Shown here: positions 18,196 to 27,490 of the stretch, piece after piece
Layout of the letters: every line of letters begins with the position of its first letter
How positions within the stretch are numbered: position 1 is the first letter of the stretch
Source of the DNA: an uncultured archaeon
GTDB taxonomy: Archaea; Asgardarchaeota; Lokiarchaeia; Sigyniarchaeales; SOKP01
Length of the DNA stretch: 33,993 nt
Assembly (NCBI GenBank): GCA_964388035.1
Contig: CAYLZE010000041.1
Coordinates: 7,275 to 41,267 of the forward strand
Reading direction: 5' to 3'
Position numbers and translations under genes: made by a program
Notes under the pieces: model-generated
Told to the model about the DNA's origin: nothing
Databases searched by the model: none
What the model saw: only the letters and a program-made list of their open reading frames with translations

Positions 18196-19191
18196 TCATA
18201 TAACGATAAAGATTTCATTTTTATAGAGAAAAACACCTATAATCCAAATGATAAAGGTATTGAGAAGACCTATTAAGAATACAATATTAAAAAGAGGATT
18301 AAATACTGCTAGAAAAAACATAAAAATGATTAACATTAAATGCAGTATGTATAAGAAAAATGCATTTCTCCCCAACATGCTTACATAATTCTCCTGTTGA
18401 AGTAAAGGATGATTTTGGGAGAATACTTCAAATATCAAGTACAGGGCATAAAATGCCATGGCTGCTGCCCCAATAGTTAAGAATATGAAAGGAAGAGTAA
18501 TTCTTTGACGACTAAAACCCCATAAAAAGTAAGTGGGAATGCTTACTAACAAGCATGCGATTCCCCCATAAAGAAAAAAAAGTTTCACTTTCTTATTTAA
18601 TAATCCTTCCGCTAATACTGAAGACAATAATAACATGCTAATCCAAGATAATACTCCGTAAGGTCCACCCTCAATTCCATCATATATTAAAATTCCTACG
18701 CTTGTTTCCAATAAAAATTGATGAATAGACATTAATGTTATTGAGATTACCAATCTAATTAGCGGAGATAGCTCGATAAGTGACAACAAAACGAGACCTG
18801 CCGTGCCGAGATACTGTAATGTACCCCAACGTAGCGCAATGCCCTCTTCCGTTATGTTTATATTGATCAATAATCCTAAAAAAATGAAGAGTAAATTACG
18901 TTCGATGGAATGAAAATAGGTTTTTGCTTTCCCATTTTTTTTCACTCTCTTTAGAAAGGATGATTTGAAATTGAGAGCCATCATGAATACAAAGAAAGGA
19001 GCAATAAAATCCACATATGTGAGCCCATAATCTACGGGGTGTTTGGTCCAAGCGGGTACATTATTGAAAATACTTAAGGTATTGACAAAAACCATTAATA
19101 GGATTGTAATTCCCTTGAAAACATCAATACTTAAAAGCCGTTTCTTTTTTTTTTCTTCTTCGGGAGTTTCAGACTGAGCGGAATCTTCCAT
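18196..19191 (-). CDS. HGSNAT-like membrane acyltransferase (heparan-alpha-glucosaminide N-acetyltransferase / DUF1624-DUF5009 type)
   Basis: RLLSIDVFKGITILLMVFVN, H....GLTYVDFIAPFFVF, R.GTLQ, LGRNAFFLY; polytopic. Confidence 0.82.
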   Translation of the reverse strand: MEDSAQSETPEEEKKKKRLLSIDVFKGITILLMVFVNTLSIFNNVPAWTKHPVDYGLTYVDFIAPFFVFMMALNFKSSFLKRVKKNGKAKTYFHSIERNLLFIFLGLLININITEEGIALRWGTLQYLGTAGLVLLSLIELSPLIRLVISITLMSIHQFLLETSVGILIYDGIEGGPYGVLSWISMLLLSSVLAEGLLNKKVKLFFLYGGIACLLVSIPTYFLWGFSRQRITLPFIFLTIGAAAMAFYALYLIFEVFSQNHPLLQQENYVSMLGRNAFFLYILHLMLIIFMFFLAVFNPLFNIVFLIGLLNTFIIWIIGVFLYKNEIFIVI

Positions 19192-19374
19192 TAATTAAAT
19201 ATAAAAAATTCCCGTTCAAGTTTTTTGCTATTTTTTGGAAAATGATAATAAAACTTGATTGAGCTTAAGTTAAGCCAGAAATAGTTCAATAATTTACAAA
19301 GTAATATGCTTTCTTAATTGATATTGCTAACTCGTGAATTTAAGAAAGTAAAACTAGTTCAAGAAGATAGAGAA

Positions 19375-19647
19375 TTAAAAGGGAAGGATTTGTTCTTCTA
19401 ACTCATGTTCATCAAATTCAATTTCTCTCAATCTCATTCGGACTTGACGAGATCCATAGCAGTTGCTTAACAAATTAGCCACATTCTCTTTTATGGCCTT
19501 TAAATTGTCAATACCTGCTTGATAATAAAAATCCTTTTCATTCAAATTAATTTTAAGGATTTCAAATAATCCAGATAAGGATTCTCTTACTTTTTTGTAA
19601 TCTTCAAATGCCTCATCAATATTATTTTCGACCATTTTTTTTATCAC
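19375..19647 (-). CDS. Small helical hypothetical protein
   Basis: 90-aa ORF with plausible amphipathic helices and charged composition; no motif recognised. Confidence 0.6.
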   Translation of the reverse strand: MIKKMVENNIDEAFEDYKKVRESLSGLFEILKINLNEKDFYYQAGIDNLKAIKENVANLLSNCYGSRQVRMRLREIEFDEHELEEQILPF

Positions 19648-20163
19648 TTCTTGAATAATTAATTTTTTTATTGATTCTCATGATAAAAAAAGCATTTTTC
19701 CTATATAAATTTGACTCTTTCCGTCGCGAAAATCCGCTTTTAGTAAGAAATAAGTACTAAAAATGCAGAAACGTGATCCAATGTTAATAATTTTCGGAAC
19801 AATGCAATCAAGAGTGTGAAAAAATGATATTTGTGATGATCTATTTTGATAATAAATCATACAAAAAAATATTAAAAATTAAATTATTTTAGAAATTTCC
19901 ACTTTGATTTATCAGAATTCATGAAAATAGACCAATTTCATTAAAGTAATAAAAAAAGATTCAATGTTTTTTTTTATTATCTCAATACTGAGTTATCAAA
20001 TATTCAATATTTTATAAAAATTCAACCAAGAAAAATGGGGTAAAAATATAGGATTTTTTTAGCTATTCAAGTCACAATTTAGGAATAATAATGAAAAAAG
20101 AACATGTTATTAAGGGAAATGATCATTAATGGATATTTTCGAGTATTCTGCATGGGTTCATTC

Positions 20164-20640
20164 CTAAAATTTCTTTTCCAATACCGTTAAAATGGGCTTA
20201 AATCCTGTTTTAGCAAAAACATTTAATAACTTATCTGTAACACCATAAGCGATATTTATTCGAATAGACTCGCACCCCCATGAACGAAGGATTTGGATTG
20301 CTCGTTCTGCTAGGATCTTACCTACTTGTTTTCCAATATATTCTTTTTTGGTGGCCCAATTATCCAAATAACCGATATACTGACCTAAAGTATTTTTAAC
20401 AGCTTCAAGCATTCCCATTGCGACAACTTCCCCAGTTGATTTTGATTCAGCAATCAACGTTATTCTTTTTAAATTGGGCTTGAATTGCCTCAACCCGGAG
20501 GATTTTTTCCATTGATCTTCTTTTAATCCAATATCATATTGACTATGGAGCTCTTTTAATATGGTGAGAGTTGATTCATAATCACTAGCCCGATAATTTC
20601 TTATTATAATATCTTTTTCTTCAAATTCTTGATTTGACAT
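20164..20640 (-). CDS. GNAT-family N-acetyltransferase
   Basis: IIRNYRASD, GEVVAMG, motif A-like LDNWAT.KEYIGKQVGKIL, motif B F.KTGF. Confidence 0.85.
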   Translation of the reverse strand: MSNQEFEEKDIIIRNYRASDYESTLTILKELHSQYDIGLKEDQWKKSSGLRQFKPNLKRITLIAESKSTGEVVAMGMLEAVKNTLGQYIGYLDNWATKKEYIGKQVGKILAERAIQILRSWGCESIRINIAYGVTDKLLNVFAKTGFKPILTVLEKKF

Positions 20641-20661
20641 GATTTTTTTATTACTTCCTTT

Positions 20662-21708
20662 TTAATTGGAATTAATATGACTATTCAATAATTCTAAATC
20701 TATTTTTTTAGAGAGGAGTTTTTGTTCATTAGCAGACAATACAAAAAATAAGTACTCGTTAATATGAGGGATGATCGGGGAAATAAATAAAAGTTCTTCC
20801 TCGGGAAACCATTCCTCAATTAATTGATTCATGATTTCTTTTTCAAAAAATTCTCTAACATGAGTAATTTTTACGGTTAAATTTGTTTGTGATGTTTCCG
20901 TATTGTTTTTTACAAGAATTTGTAATTCCTTACTTTCCTCATCGATATTAATATTAATGAGAGAGAACGGTGCTTGAAATGTATATCCCTCTTCTTTTTT
21001 TTTTGAAGGATCGAACAATTGAATCGTGGAATATGTTTCTGCTCCATCCTCCATAGTAATGTGAGAAAAATCGAATCCTTTTAAATAGAGATACGAAATT
21101 GCTTTCTGCTTTTTAAGAGAAGATCCATCGGCTTGTCTGATGACGCGTGAGAGATAATTATTTCCAATTCGTCCTATTAAATTTTTCATATTTTCTTTGA
21201 TGCCATCACTTACTACAATTTTTTCTTTCATTGCAGGAGTTTTTATTATTTCATCCTTAGCAATCGTTCCAGAGATAAGTTCCGAAAATTTATCTCCAAA
21301 ATTCTCTTTAATCCCAGTGGTGATATTTTGAACTAAATCATCTCCAAAAATTGAGACATCAGTAGGCAAAGAAAGAATTATCACGATGGTCTCGGGGGTT
21401 TTTTCTTCAAGTCCTGCTCTTCGTTTCTCTCGAGATGATTTTGCCAAGAACTTTTTGGCCATGAAGTTATATCCCTTATACTCAAGGTCAATATGGTTTA
21501 GTGCCTCACTTTCCTCAATTTCTAAGAACCAGACTGGATGAAAACGAATAACTCGCATATATTTTTTATCATCTATCATCTTTTCCGAGGGATAGATTAA
21601 TAAGGGCACGTGTCCCCGTGCCTCGTCAAAATATAATACATAGACTTCGCATAACTCTTTGAAGGGATCCTTAAGCGAGGTTTTAGTTTTTTCTGCCACT
21701 GAAACCAA
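20662..21708 (-). CDS. Hypothetical protein with uDENN/longin-like N-terminal domain and beta-rich C-terminal domain
   Basis: N-terminal VYVLYFDEARGHVPLLIYP resembles the FD..xG.....yP start of uDENN domains; later KRRAG...ETIVIILS strand; C-terminal LQILVKNN...LTVKITH. Confidence 0.55.
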   Translation of the reverse strand: MVSVAEKTKTSLKDPFKELCEVYVLYFDEARGHVPLLIYPSEKMIDDKKYMRVIRFHPVWFLEIEESEALNHIDLEYKGYNFMAKKFLAKSSREKRRAGLEEKTPETIVIILSLPTDVSIFGDDLVQNITTGIKENFGDKFSELISGTIAKDEIIKTPAMKEKIVVSDGIKENMKNLIGRIGNNYLSRVIRQADGSSLKKQKAISYLYLKGFDFSHITMEDGAETYSTIQLFDPSKKKEEGYTFQAPFSLININIDEESKELQILVKNNTETSQTNLTVKITHVREFFEKEIMNQLIEEWFPEEELLFISPIIPHINEYLFFVLSANEQKLLSKKIDLELLNSHINSN

Positions 21709-21930
21709 TTTGAATGTAATTAATATATAATTTGGAGATTGTTAATGTTCTCTTCTATATTATATAATTAAATAGAATCATAAAAACTTTAAGAAGTATT
21801 TCATGCTTTTTACCATGAATTTCTAAAAGATGAAGGATTTTAACAAGCGTTCCCCAATATGATTAATTTTATTTATCTTCTTCTCTAACTCTATATATAT
21901 TTGAATAGTATTGGATGTGGTCGAAAAAAA

Positions 21931-23019
21931 ATGGAAATTACAGAGGTTAAAACTCATTTATTGGAATTGGATTTTAAGATTAAAATCGGATCCATGCCTC
22001 GATTCAAGGCTACGGGGCTTTATATAAATCTGAGAACCGATGAGGGTATTGACGGATGGGCTTTATCACATTGGAATTTGAGCAATGCGGCTCAAAAAGT
22101 ATTTGTGGATGAGATACTTAGCAAATTGCTCCTTCACAAGGATCCTTTCATGACAGAAGAGATTTTCTACACAAACTATACATCCAGCAATCGAATTTTA
22201 TTCGGCATCGCTCAAGCAACCAGTGCTTGTCAGATTGCATGTTGGGATATTATAGGGAAGGCAGCTAAACAACCAATTTATAAATTATTGGGAGGGAGGA
22301 AACAAAAAGTAAAGTGTTATGCATCCATGCCCAGAGGATATTCTGCTAAAGCGGCAGTTGGAGCCGTGGAATCCGCATTAAAACCAGAATTAGGTGGATT
22401 TACTGCTGTAAAGTTGCGGATTGGGGATGGATTAAAGAAGGATGATATGCTATTAAAGGAAGTGAGAGATGCCTTTCCCGACATTGATATCATGGTGGAT
22501 GCAAACTCCGCGTATGATTCAGTCACGGAAGCATTAAAGATTGCTAGAATTTGTGAAAAGTACGAGGTAACGTGGCTCGAAGAGCCGATACCCACGGATA
22601 ATTTAAATGGATTGGCTAAATTAAGAGAAAAATCACCCATAGAAATTGCGGGAGGAGAGAATGATTTTGGCATATTTAGGTTTGAAGATATTCTTTCCAA
22701 AGGATCGTTTGATATCATCCAGCCTGACGTGACCCGTTCAGGCGGATTTCTGCAATTAAAAAAGATCGATGCAATGGCTGAAGTGAAAGGAGTTCAGTGC
22801 ATACCTCACATTTTTGGTTTTGGGCACATCGTTGCTGCGAACTTGCATTTTATCATGAGTACGAGATGTGAATGGTGTGAATTTCCTTTCATTCCTGATG
22901 AATATCAACTCTTGGAGGAACCCATTAAACCAGAAAAGGGAATATTAAAAGCATTGGATAAACCCGGATTAGGTGTAGAAATTAATAAAGATATGTTTGA
23001 GAAAAATGTTAAAAATTAA
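21931..23019 (+). CDS. Mandelate racemase / muconate lactonizing enzyme family (enolase superfamily), likely acid-sugar dehydratase type
   Basis: WDIIGKAAKQPIYKLLGG, KLR, MVDAN, WLEEP, GGEN, IIQPDV, IPH, PGLGVE. ATG 21931 preferred over TTG 21901. Confidence 0.92.
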   Translation: MEITEVKTHLLELDFKIKIGSMPRFKATGLYINLRTDEGIDGWALSHWNLSNAAQKVFVDEILSKLLLHKDPFMTEEIFYTNYTSSNRILFGIAQATSACQIACWDIIGKAAKQPIYKLLGGRKQKVKCYASMPRGYSAKAAVGAVESALKPELGGFTAVKLRIGDGLKKDDMLLKEVRDAFPDIDIMVDANSAYDSVTEALKIARICEKYEVTWLEEPIPTDNLNGLAKLREKSPIEIAGGENDFGIFRFEDILSKGSFDIIQPDVTRSGGFLQLKKIDAMAEVKGVQCIPHIFGFGHIVAANLHFIMSTRCEWCEFPFIPDEYQLLEEPIKPEKGILKALDKPGLGVEINKDMFEKNVKN

Positions 23020-23072
23020 TTTCTTATTAATATAATAAAAAGAAGAAAAACTCTTAATTTTGATGATAATTT

Positions 23073-25007
23073 ATGACAGAAAGATATGAAAATGTGAGCA
23101 TTGCTAAAGAGGAAGCAGAAACCTTAAAAGAGATAGAAAAATTATTTGGAATTGCTATTCCAAATATAGAAAAAATAAATTGGGATGAATATGAAATAGA
23201 TGAGAACACCCATCAAATAGAAAGGATAAAACAACACCAATTTGGATTTGTAGCCGAAAATAACCATGTAATTGCCTTAGGTTTAAGTCTTAAAAGTTTG
23301 AATGTAAAATCCCTGAAAGTTCCAGATAAATTACCCGAAATTTCCAAATTTACATTCTTGGAGAACCTTGATTTCAATCATTGGGATGATTTCTTTTCAG
23401 AATATACTCAAGAAATAAAAAGAAGAGAAGAAATTCAACGTAGTTTAACAAATCCTCAATTAGATACTAGAATTTATAGAACTATGGAGGAAAGAATTCA
23501 AGCTCGAAGAGAAGAGAATTTAAAAAAGACCCTTGAATTAAAAGCGACAATAAATGCTCCAAGTCCTTCCCGTTTATTTACTGAACTGGAAAAATTAGAA
23601 AATCTTAAAATTTTAGATCTCTCGGAATGTGGTTTATCACAGAGCATGTATGGAAGTAGTATTAGCGGATTAAAAAATTTAAAGAAACTTCAAGTCTTAG
23701 ATTTATCGAAGAATACAATATCAGAAATGCCAGAAGAAATAGGCTCGTTAGATACCCTTGAGACAATAATTTTAAGGGGTAATCCGATAAAAAAGTATCC
23801 CATTACATTAGATCACGCTAAATTTTTAAAAAAGTTGGATATTTTTGATACAAATATTGAAGAACTGCCAGATTCTATAGGTAATCATGCAATATTAGAA
23901 GAAATTCTCCTTCCTGTCGGTATTATCGAATTTCCAGATTCATTTGTTAATTTAAGGAATTTGAAATTATTAATTGCGAGCAATGTCCCCAAGCAATTGA
24001 AGGATTATAAAAACTTAGAACGTTTTCAACTAAACAATTACAAACAAGAAGAATTGCCAGTTTCATTAACAGAATTGAGCCAATTAGAGACCTTGGAGAT
24101 AAATGATTGTAGAGCGTTAGTAAAGTTACCCGAAAATATTGGAAATCTGAGATCTTTAAAGACACTCATTATTAAAGGAAGTAAATCACTAAAAACACTC
24201 CCTTCCTCGATTTTTAACTTAAAATCCTTGAGAACATTGAATTTATATAATAATAATTTAACAGATCTTTATGATCGATTTGGAGATTTTTTAAATTTAG
24301 AGATTTTGAATTTAAGTAATAATCAAATAAAGTATCTTCCATACTCGATTTATAAATTGAATAATTTAATAGATTTCACGATTGATAATAATCCTCTTGA
24401 AAAAAATGATGCCTTAATCTCAAAGAAGACCCTTCCCGAAATAAAACAGTATTGTAAGAAAAAAGTCGCTATTAATGTTTTTATAAGTCATGCAGTTGCT
24501 GACTTTGAACCTTGTAATATTCAAAAAATAAGTGAATATTTAGAATCTCAATTAGAAATCGAGCAATCTTTTTACTGTGAAAGAGATCTTAGCGGAAATA
24601 TTGATACTTTCATGGATCAAAATATTCCGCAGAGTCAATTAATTTTATTCATTGGGACACCTCGATCAATTGCCTCAAGAGATTGTCAATATGAACTTAA
24701 ATTGTCTAAGGAATATAATGTCGAACTTATCCCTATCAAGTCAAAGGAATTGAATTGGGCAGATCTTGGCAAGCTTGGTCTAAGTCGAGAGTTAGGAATA
24801 GAGTGTGATTTTTCCAATAAGGAAGAATTTCTCGAGTTTTTGGAAAATCTTTATGATTATATTAAACAAATAAAAAGGCAAATTGACCTCCACGATAAGG
24901 AAAAAGGCAAAATTGATAGATTAACTATTGGATTGAAAGCAATTGAAAGACAATTGGAGAATCTCGATAAGCGCGTTAAATTATTAGAGGAAAAAATGAA
25001 TGATTGA
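23073..25007 (+). CDS. Leucine-rich-repeat protein with C-terminal TIR domain and terminal coiled coil
   Basis: About 11-12 LxxLxLxxNxLxxLP-type repeats; TIR from about 24471 (VFISHAVAD...FMDQNI.QSQLILFIGTPRSIASRDCQYEL....LIPI); heptad tail LKAIERQLENLDKRVKLLEEK. Confidence 0.88.
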   Translation: MTERYENVSIAKEEAETLKEIEKLFGIAIPNIEKINWDEYEIDENTHQIERIKQHQFGFVAENNHVIALGLSLKSLNVKSLKVPDKLPEISKFTFLENLDFNHWDDFFSEYTQEIKRREEIQRSLTNPQLDTRIYRTMEERIQARREENLKKTLELKATINAPSPSRLFTELEKLENLKILDLSECGLSQSMYGSSISGLKNLKKLQVLDLSKNTISEMPEEIGSLDTLETIILRGNPIKKYPITLDHAKFLKKLDIFDTNIEELPDSIGNHAILEEILLPVGIIEFPDSFVNLRNLKLLIASNVPKQLKDYKNLERFQLNNYKQEELPVSLTELSQLETLEINDCRALVKLPENIGNLRSLKTLIIKGSKSLKTLPSSIFNLKSLRTLNLYNNNLTDLYDRFGDFLNLEILNLSNNQIKYLPYSIYKLNNLIDFTIDNNPLEKNDALISKKTLPEIKQYCKKKVAINVFISHAVADFEPCNIQKISEYLESQLEIEQSFYCERDLSGNIDTFMDQNIPQSQLILFIGTPRSIASRDCQYELKLSKEYNVELIPIKSKELNWADLGKLGLSRELGIECDFSNKEEFLEFLENLYDYIKQIKRQIDLHDKEKGKIDRLTIGLKAIERQLENLDKRVKLLEEKMND

Positions 25008-25179
25008 AATAAATTTCTTATTCTATTTTTAAATAAAAATCTCATTCATGAATAGAAGAAAAAATTGATTTTGAAACCGAAAAAAAATTAAATGGTTAAA
25101 AAATAGTAAATATAAACACGACTAATTTTTCCAGTTTAAATAAAAGGATAAATACAAATTTCTAAGAGGAATAAGACTA

Positions 25180-25401
25180 ATGGAATTTAATGAAAAAGAA
25201 GAAATGAAGGATGTATTACTAAAATTAAAGAATTCCGATTATGTTGAAATAGTTTTAAATAGTGGAAAGGCATATACAGGGGTGATTCTAGAAGTGGGTA
25301 TTTATAATGTTCGAATAAAATTGGCAGGTCCTCGATCTTATTATGATGCCATTTTAAAAATCGAAGATATAACAGCAGTTGAATTTAAAGTAAGAGGATA
25401 A
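25180..25401 (+). CDS. Small Sm/LSm-like (SH3-like beta-barrel) protein
   Basis: 73 aa; N-terminal helix, then VEIVLNSGKAYTGVILEVG.YNVRI (Sm1-like) and AILKIEDITAVEF (Sm2-like). Confidence 0.6.
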   Translation: MEFNEKEEMKDVLLKLKNSDYVEIVLNSGKAYTGVILEVGIYNVRIKLAGPRSYYDAILKIEDITAVEFKVRG

Positions 25402-25470
25402 AACTTCAAATATTGAAAGTACTAATTTTAGAAGTCCCTAATTAAAAAAATAAGAATATTAATCTTCTAA

Positions 25471-25734
25471 TTAGATGGCCAATTTTCCGCATTTTATGCA
25501 TTTCTCTTTTTTATTTCCAAATCCGCATTCTCTGCATAAATATGCTACAATCCCTTTACTACCAATCCATTTACCGCATTTCACGCAAATATCTTTTTTA
25601 TTTGCAAAACCGCATTCTCTACATAAGCGTGCCTCAATACCTTTACTACCAATCCATTTACCACATTTCACGCATTTTTTCTGATTATGCCCAAATCCAC
25701 ACGTGCTACATAGCATTGCTTGATGATGAGTCAT
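25471..25734 (-). CDS. PHF5A/Rds3-like triple zinc-finger protein (3 x 29-aa repeat, 12 Cys)
   Basis: Three repeats of A.LCxxCGF.x.K..CxKCGK; CxxC-x8-CxxC spacing as in the central PHF5A segment. Confidence 0.72.
   Translation of the reverse strand: MTHHQAMLCSTCGFGHNQKKCVKCGKWIGSKGIEARLCRECGFANKKDICVKCGKWIGSKGIVAYLCRECGFGNKKEKCIKCGKLAI
25474..25725. repeat. Intragenic 87-bp tandem repeat (about 3 copies)
   Basis: Near-identical blocks cctttactaccaatccatttacc.catttcacgca 87 bp apart (about 25553 and 25640); encodes the 29-aa zinc repeat. Confidence 0.9.
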
Positions 25735-25959
25735 CAGATTATCATCTCAAATTAAATGGAAAATATAATCATATTTTATTATAATTTCTAAAATATGTCA
25801 TGATATAAGAGTGAAATTAATCTTTAAGAAGATAAAGGGATATTGAAAAGAGTATATTGAACGTATTATACAAATTTAATTAATGTAGGGAGATTTATAT
25901 GGAAAGATATGAAAAAATATAAAAATAACTTCTTTTAGATTTAAAAAAAATGTAAATTA

Positions 25960-27372
25960 TTAATTTTCAACTTCTTTTCTTCTTTTTTCTAAAATTAGAT
26001 AACATTCTCTTAACTCTTTAGGATAGTAAGCATACACAATTATCCATAACGATGACCCCATCAACCAAATCATTAAAAGGGAAAAGATAGATAATGATAG
26101 AAAGTTAAGATCAATCTCAATCATGCTTGAGAGTAAAAGATTGCCCATTATACCTCCAATATTAAACATTACGGCATTGAGTGCTATAGCACTACTCCTC
26201 GTTTCGGGAAGAGAAACATCCGAATAAATAGATTGTACATTGCCTAATCTTAAAGTGCTCAAGAAAAAACCAAAAAATCCAAAAGTCGTTAATATGCTAA
26301 ACGACAAAACAATTTCAAGAATAGTATTCATATTAAGAGGTAATAAATAAAAGCCCATAAAGCAAAAAATTCCCCCAATAAGACCTAACATTGATATCAC
26401 TACTCTCATTCTATTTTTTCTTGATCTCGCCTGCTTATCCCCTAATTTTCCACCTAGTAATGTTCCGGGAATAGCTCCAATTCCTGCAAATATATATAAA
26501 ATAGTAGCAAATGTCTCTGCCCCCATAATATTTATTTTAAAAGTCAGATAATAAATTGCCCAATTTGAGAGAGAACTCATGGCAATTCCCGTAAATAAAT
26601 TTGCAAATAATAAGGCAGTTACCGTCTTTTTGTTAAACAAAGAAGCAAGATCCTTTCGGGTTATTTTGTAATTATATTGAATATCTCCAATAAATCCATT
26701 AAATGCTGGCTCTACCCTCCCCCTTTCTGGTTCTACCGCTGAAAATATATATCTCATTAAAAATAGTAATCCTATAAGAGAACCCGTTCCATAAGCAATT
26801 CTCCAGCCAATTGCACCTCCAAAGGTTCCTAAAAGTCCTCCAAAAATGATTCCCATCCCATTTCCAATCGTAAGCCCAAACTCCATAAATCCATATTTAT
26901 TTCCACGTTCTTCAGGAGCAAAATAATCACTGATCATTGAATATCCAAGGGGAATAAATGATCCATACCCAATAGAAGCAAGTATATAAAAAGTTAAGAA
27001 GTAAAAATAGTTCGGAGCAATAGAAACCAATCCAAAGGCGATAATCCAGATCAAGTTAGTGGCAACAAAAATTTGTTTTCTGGGCCATTTTTGAGCAATT
27101 TTTTCAACAAAATATCCAAAAAAGAGGATACTTGCTGTGGAAAAGATTAAGTTAAAAGCAATAACGATTCCAATTCCTAATCTTGTTGCTCCCGATAAAT
27201 GAAGTAATAACTCTTCTATATTTACAGGAAGAATTCCAAGATTATAGTATATCATAAAATAGAGGGACCACATTGAACGAAAGCTTTTTTTAATTTTTTG
27301 ATATGAATATTCTGTCAAGAATTCTTTACCTGTTCCTCTCTTTTTATTTGAGAAAATTAGAAAACTGAACAA
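25960..27372 (-). CDS. MFS transporter (spinster-like)
   Basis: About 12 TM helices; SMISDYFAPEERG, WRIAY, GGKLGD, PETRSSA motifs. Start position uncertain. Confidence 0.9.
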   Translation of the reverse strand: MFSFLIFSNKKRGTGKEFLTEYSYQKIKKSFRSMWSLYFMIYYNLGILPVNIEELLLHLSGATRLGIGIVIAFNLIFSTASILFFGYFVEKIAQKWPRKQIFVATNLIWIIAFGLVSIAPNYFYFLTFYILASIGYGSFIPLGYSMISDYFAPEERGNKYGFMEFGLTIGNGMGIIFGGLLGTFGGAIGWRIAYGTGSLIGLLFLMRYIFSAVEPERGRVEPAFNGFIGDIQYNYKITRKDLASLFNKKTVTALLFANLFTGIAMSSLSNWAIYYLTFKINIMGAETFATILYIFAGIGAIPGTLLGGKLGDKQARSRKNRMRVVISMLGLIGGIFCFMGFYLLPLNMNTILEIVLSFSILTTFGFFGFFLSTLRLGNVQSIYSDVSLPETRSSAIALNAVMFNIGGIMGNLLLSSMIEIDLNFLSLSIFSLLMIWLMGSSLWIIVYAYYPKELRECYLILEKRRKEVEN

Positions 27373-27490
27373 TTTCCTTGTGAAATTTACTTTCTATTGT
27401 TCTTTTCAGATAATTCATCAGTTTTCTGTATGTTTAAATTTTTAATATTAATTGAAACGACATTTTACTTAATATTTTAGATAAATTTTT

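Noticed and set aside
19678-19860. 60-aa minus-strand ORF in an AT-rich intergenic region
   Set aside because: Short, no motif, no clear ribosome-binding site; I saw no convincing terminal repeats or RNA structure around it.
25474-25725. 87-bp repeat as a mini-CRISPR array
   Set aside because: The intervening sequences resemble each other, the period is a multiple of 3, it lies within a coding frame, and no cas genes are nearby.
25475-25784. Plus-strand ORFs 25475..25684 and 25542..25784 with repeated His/Pro/Tyr patterns
   Set aside because: Antisense shadows of the 87-bp repeat. The minus-strand frame keeps all 12 Cys in register and is the plausible gene.
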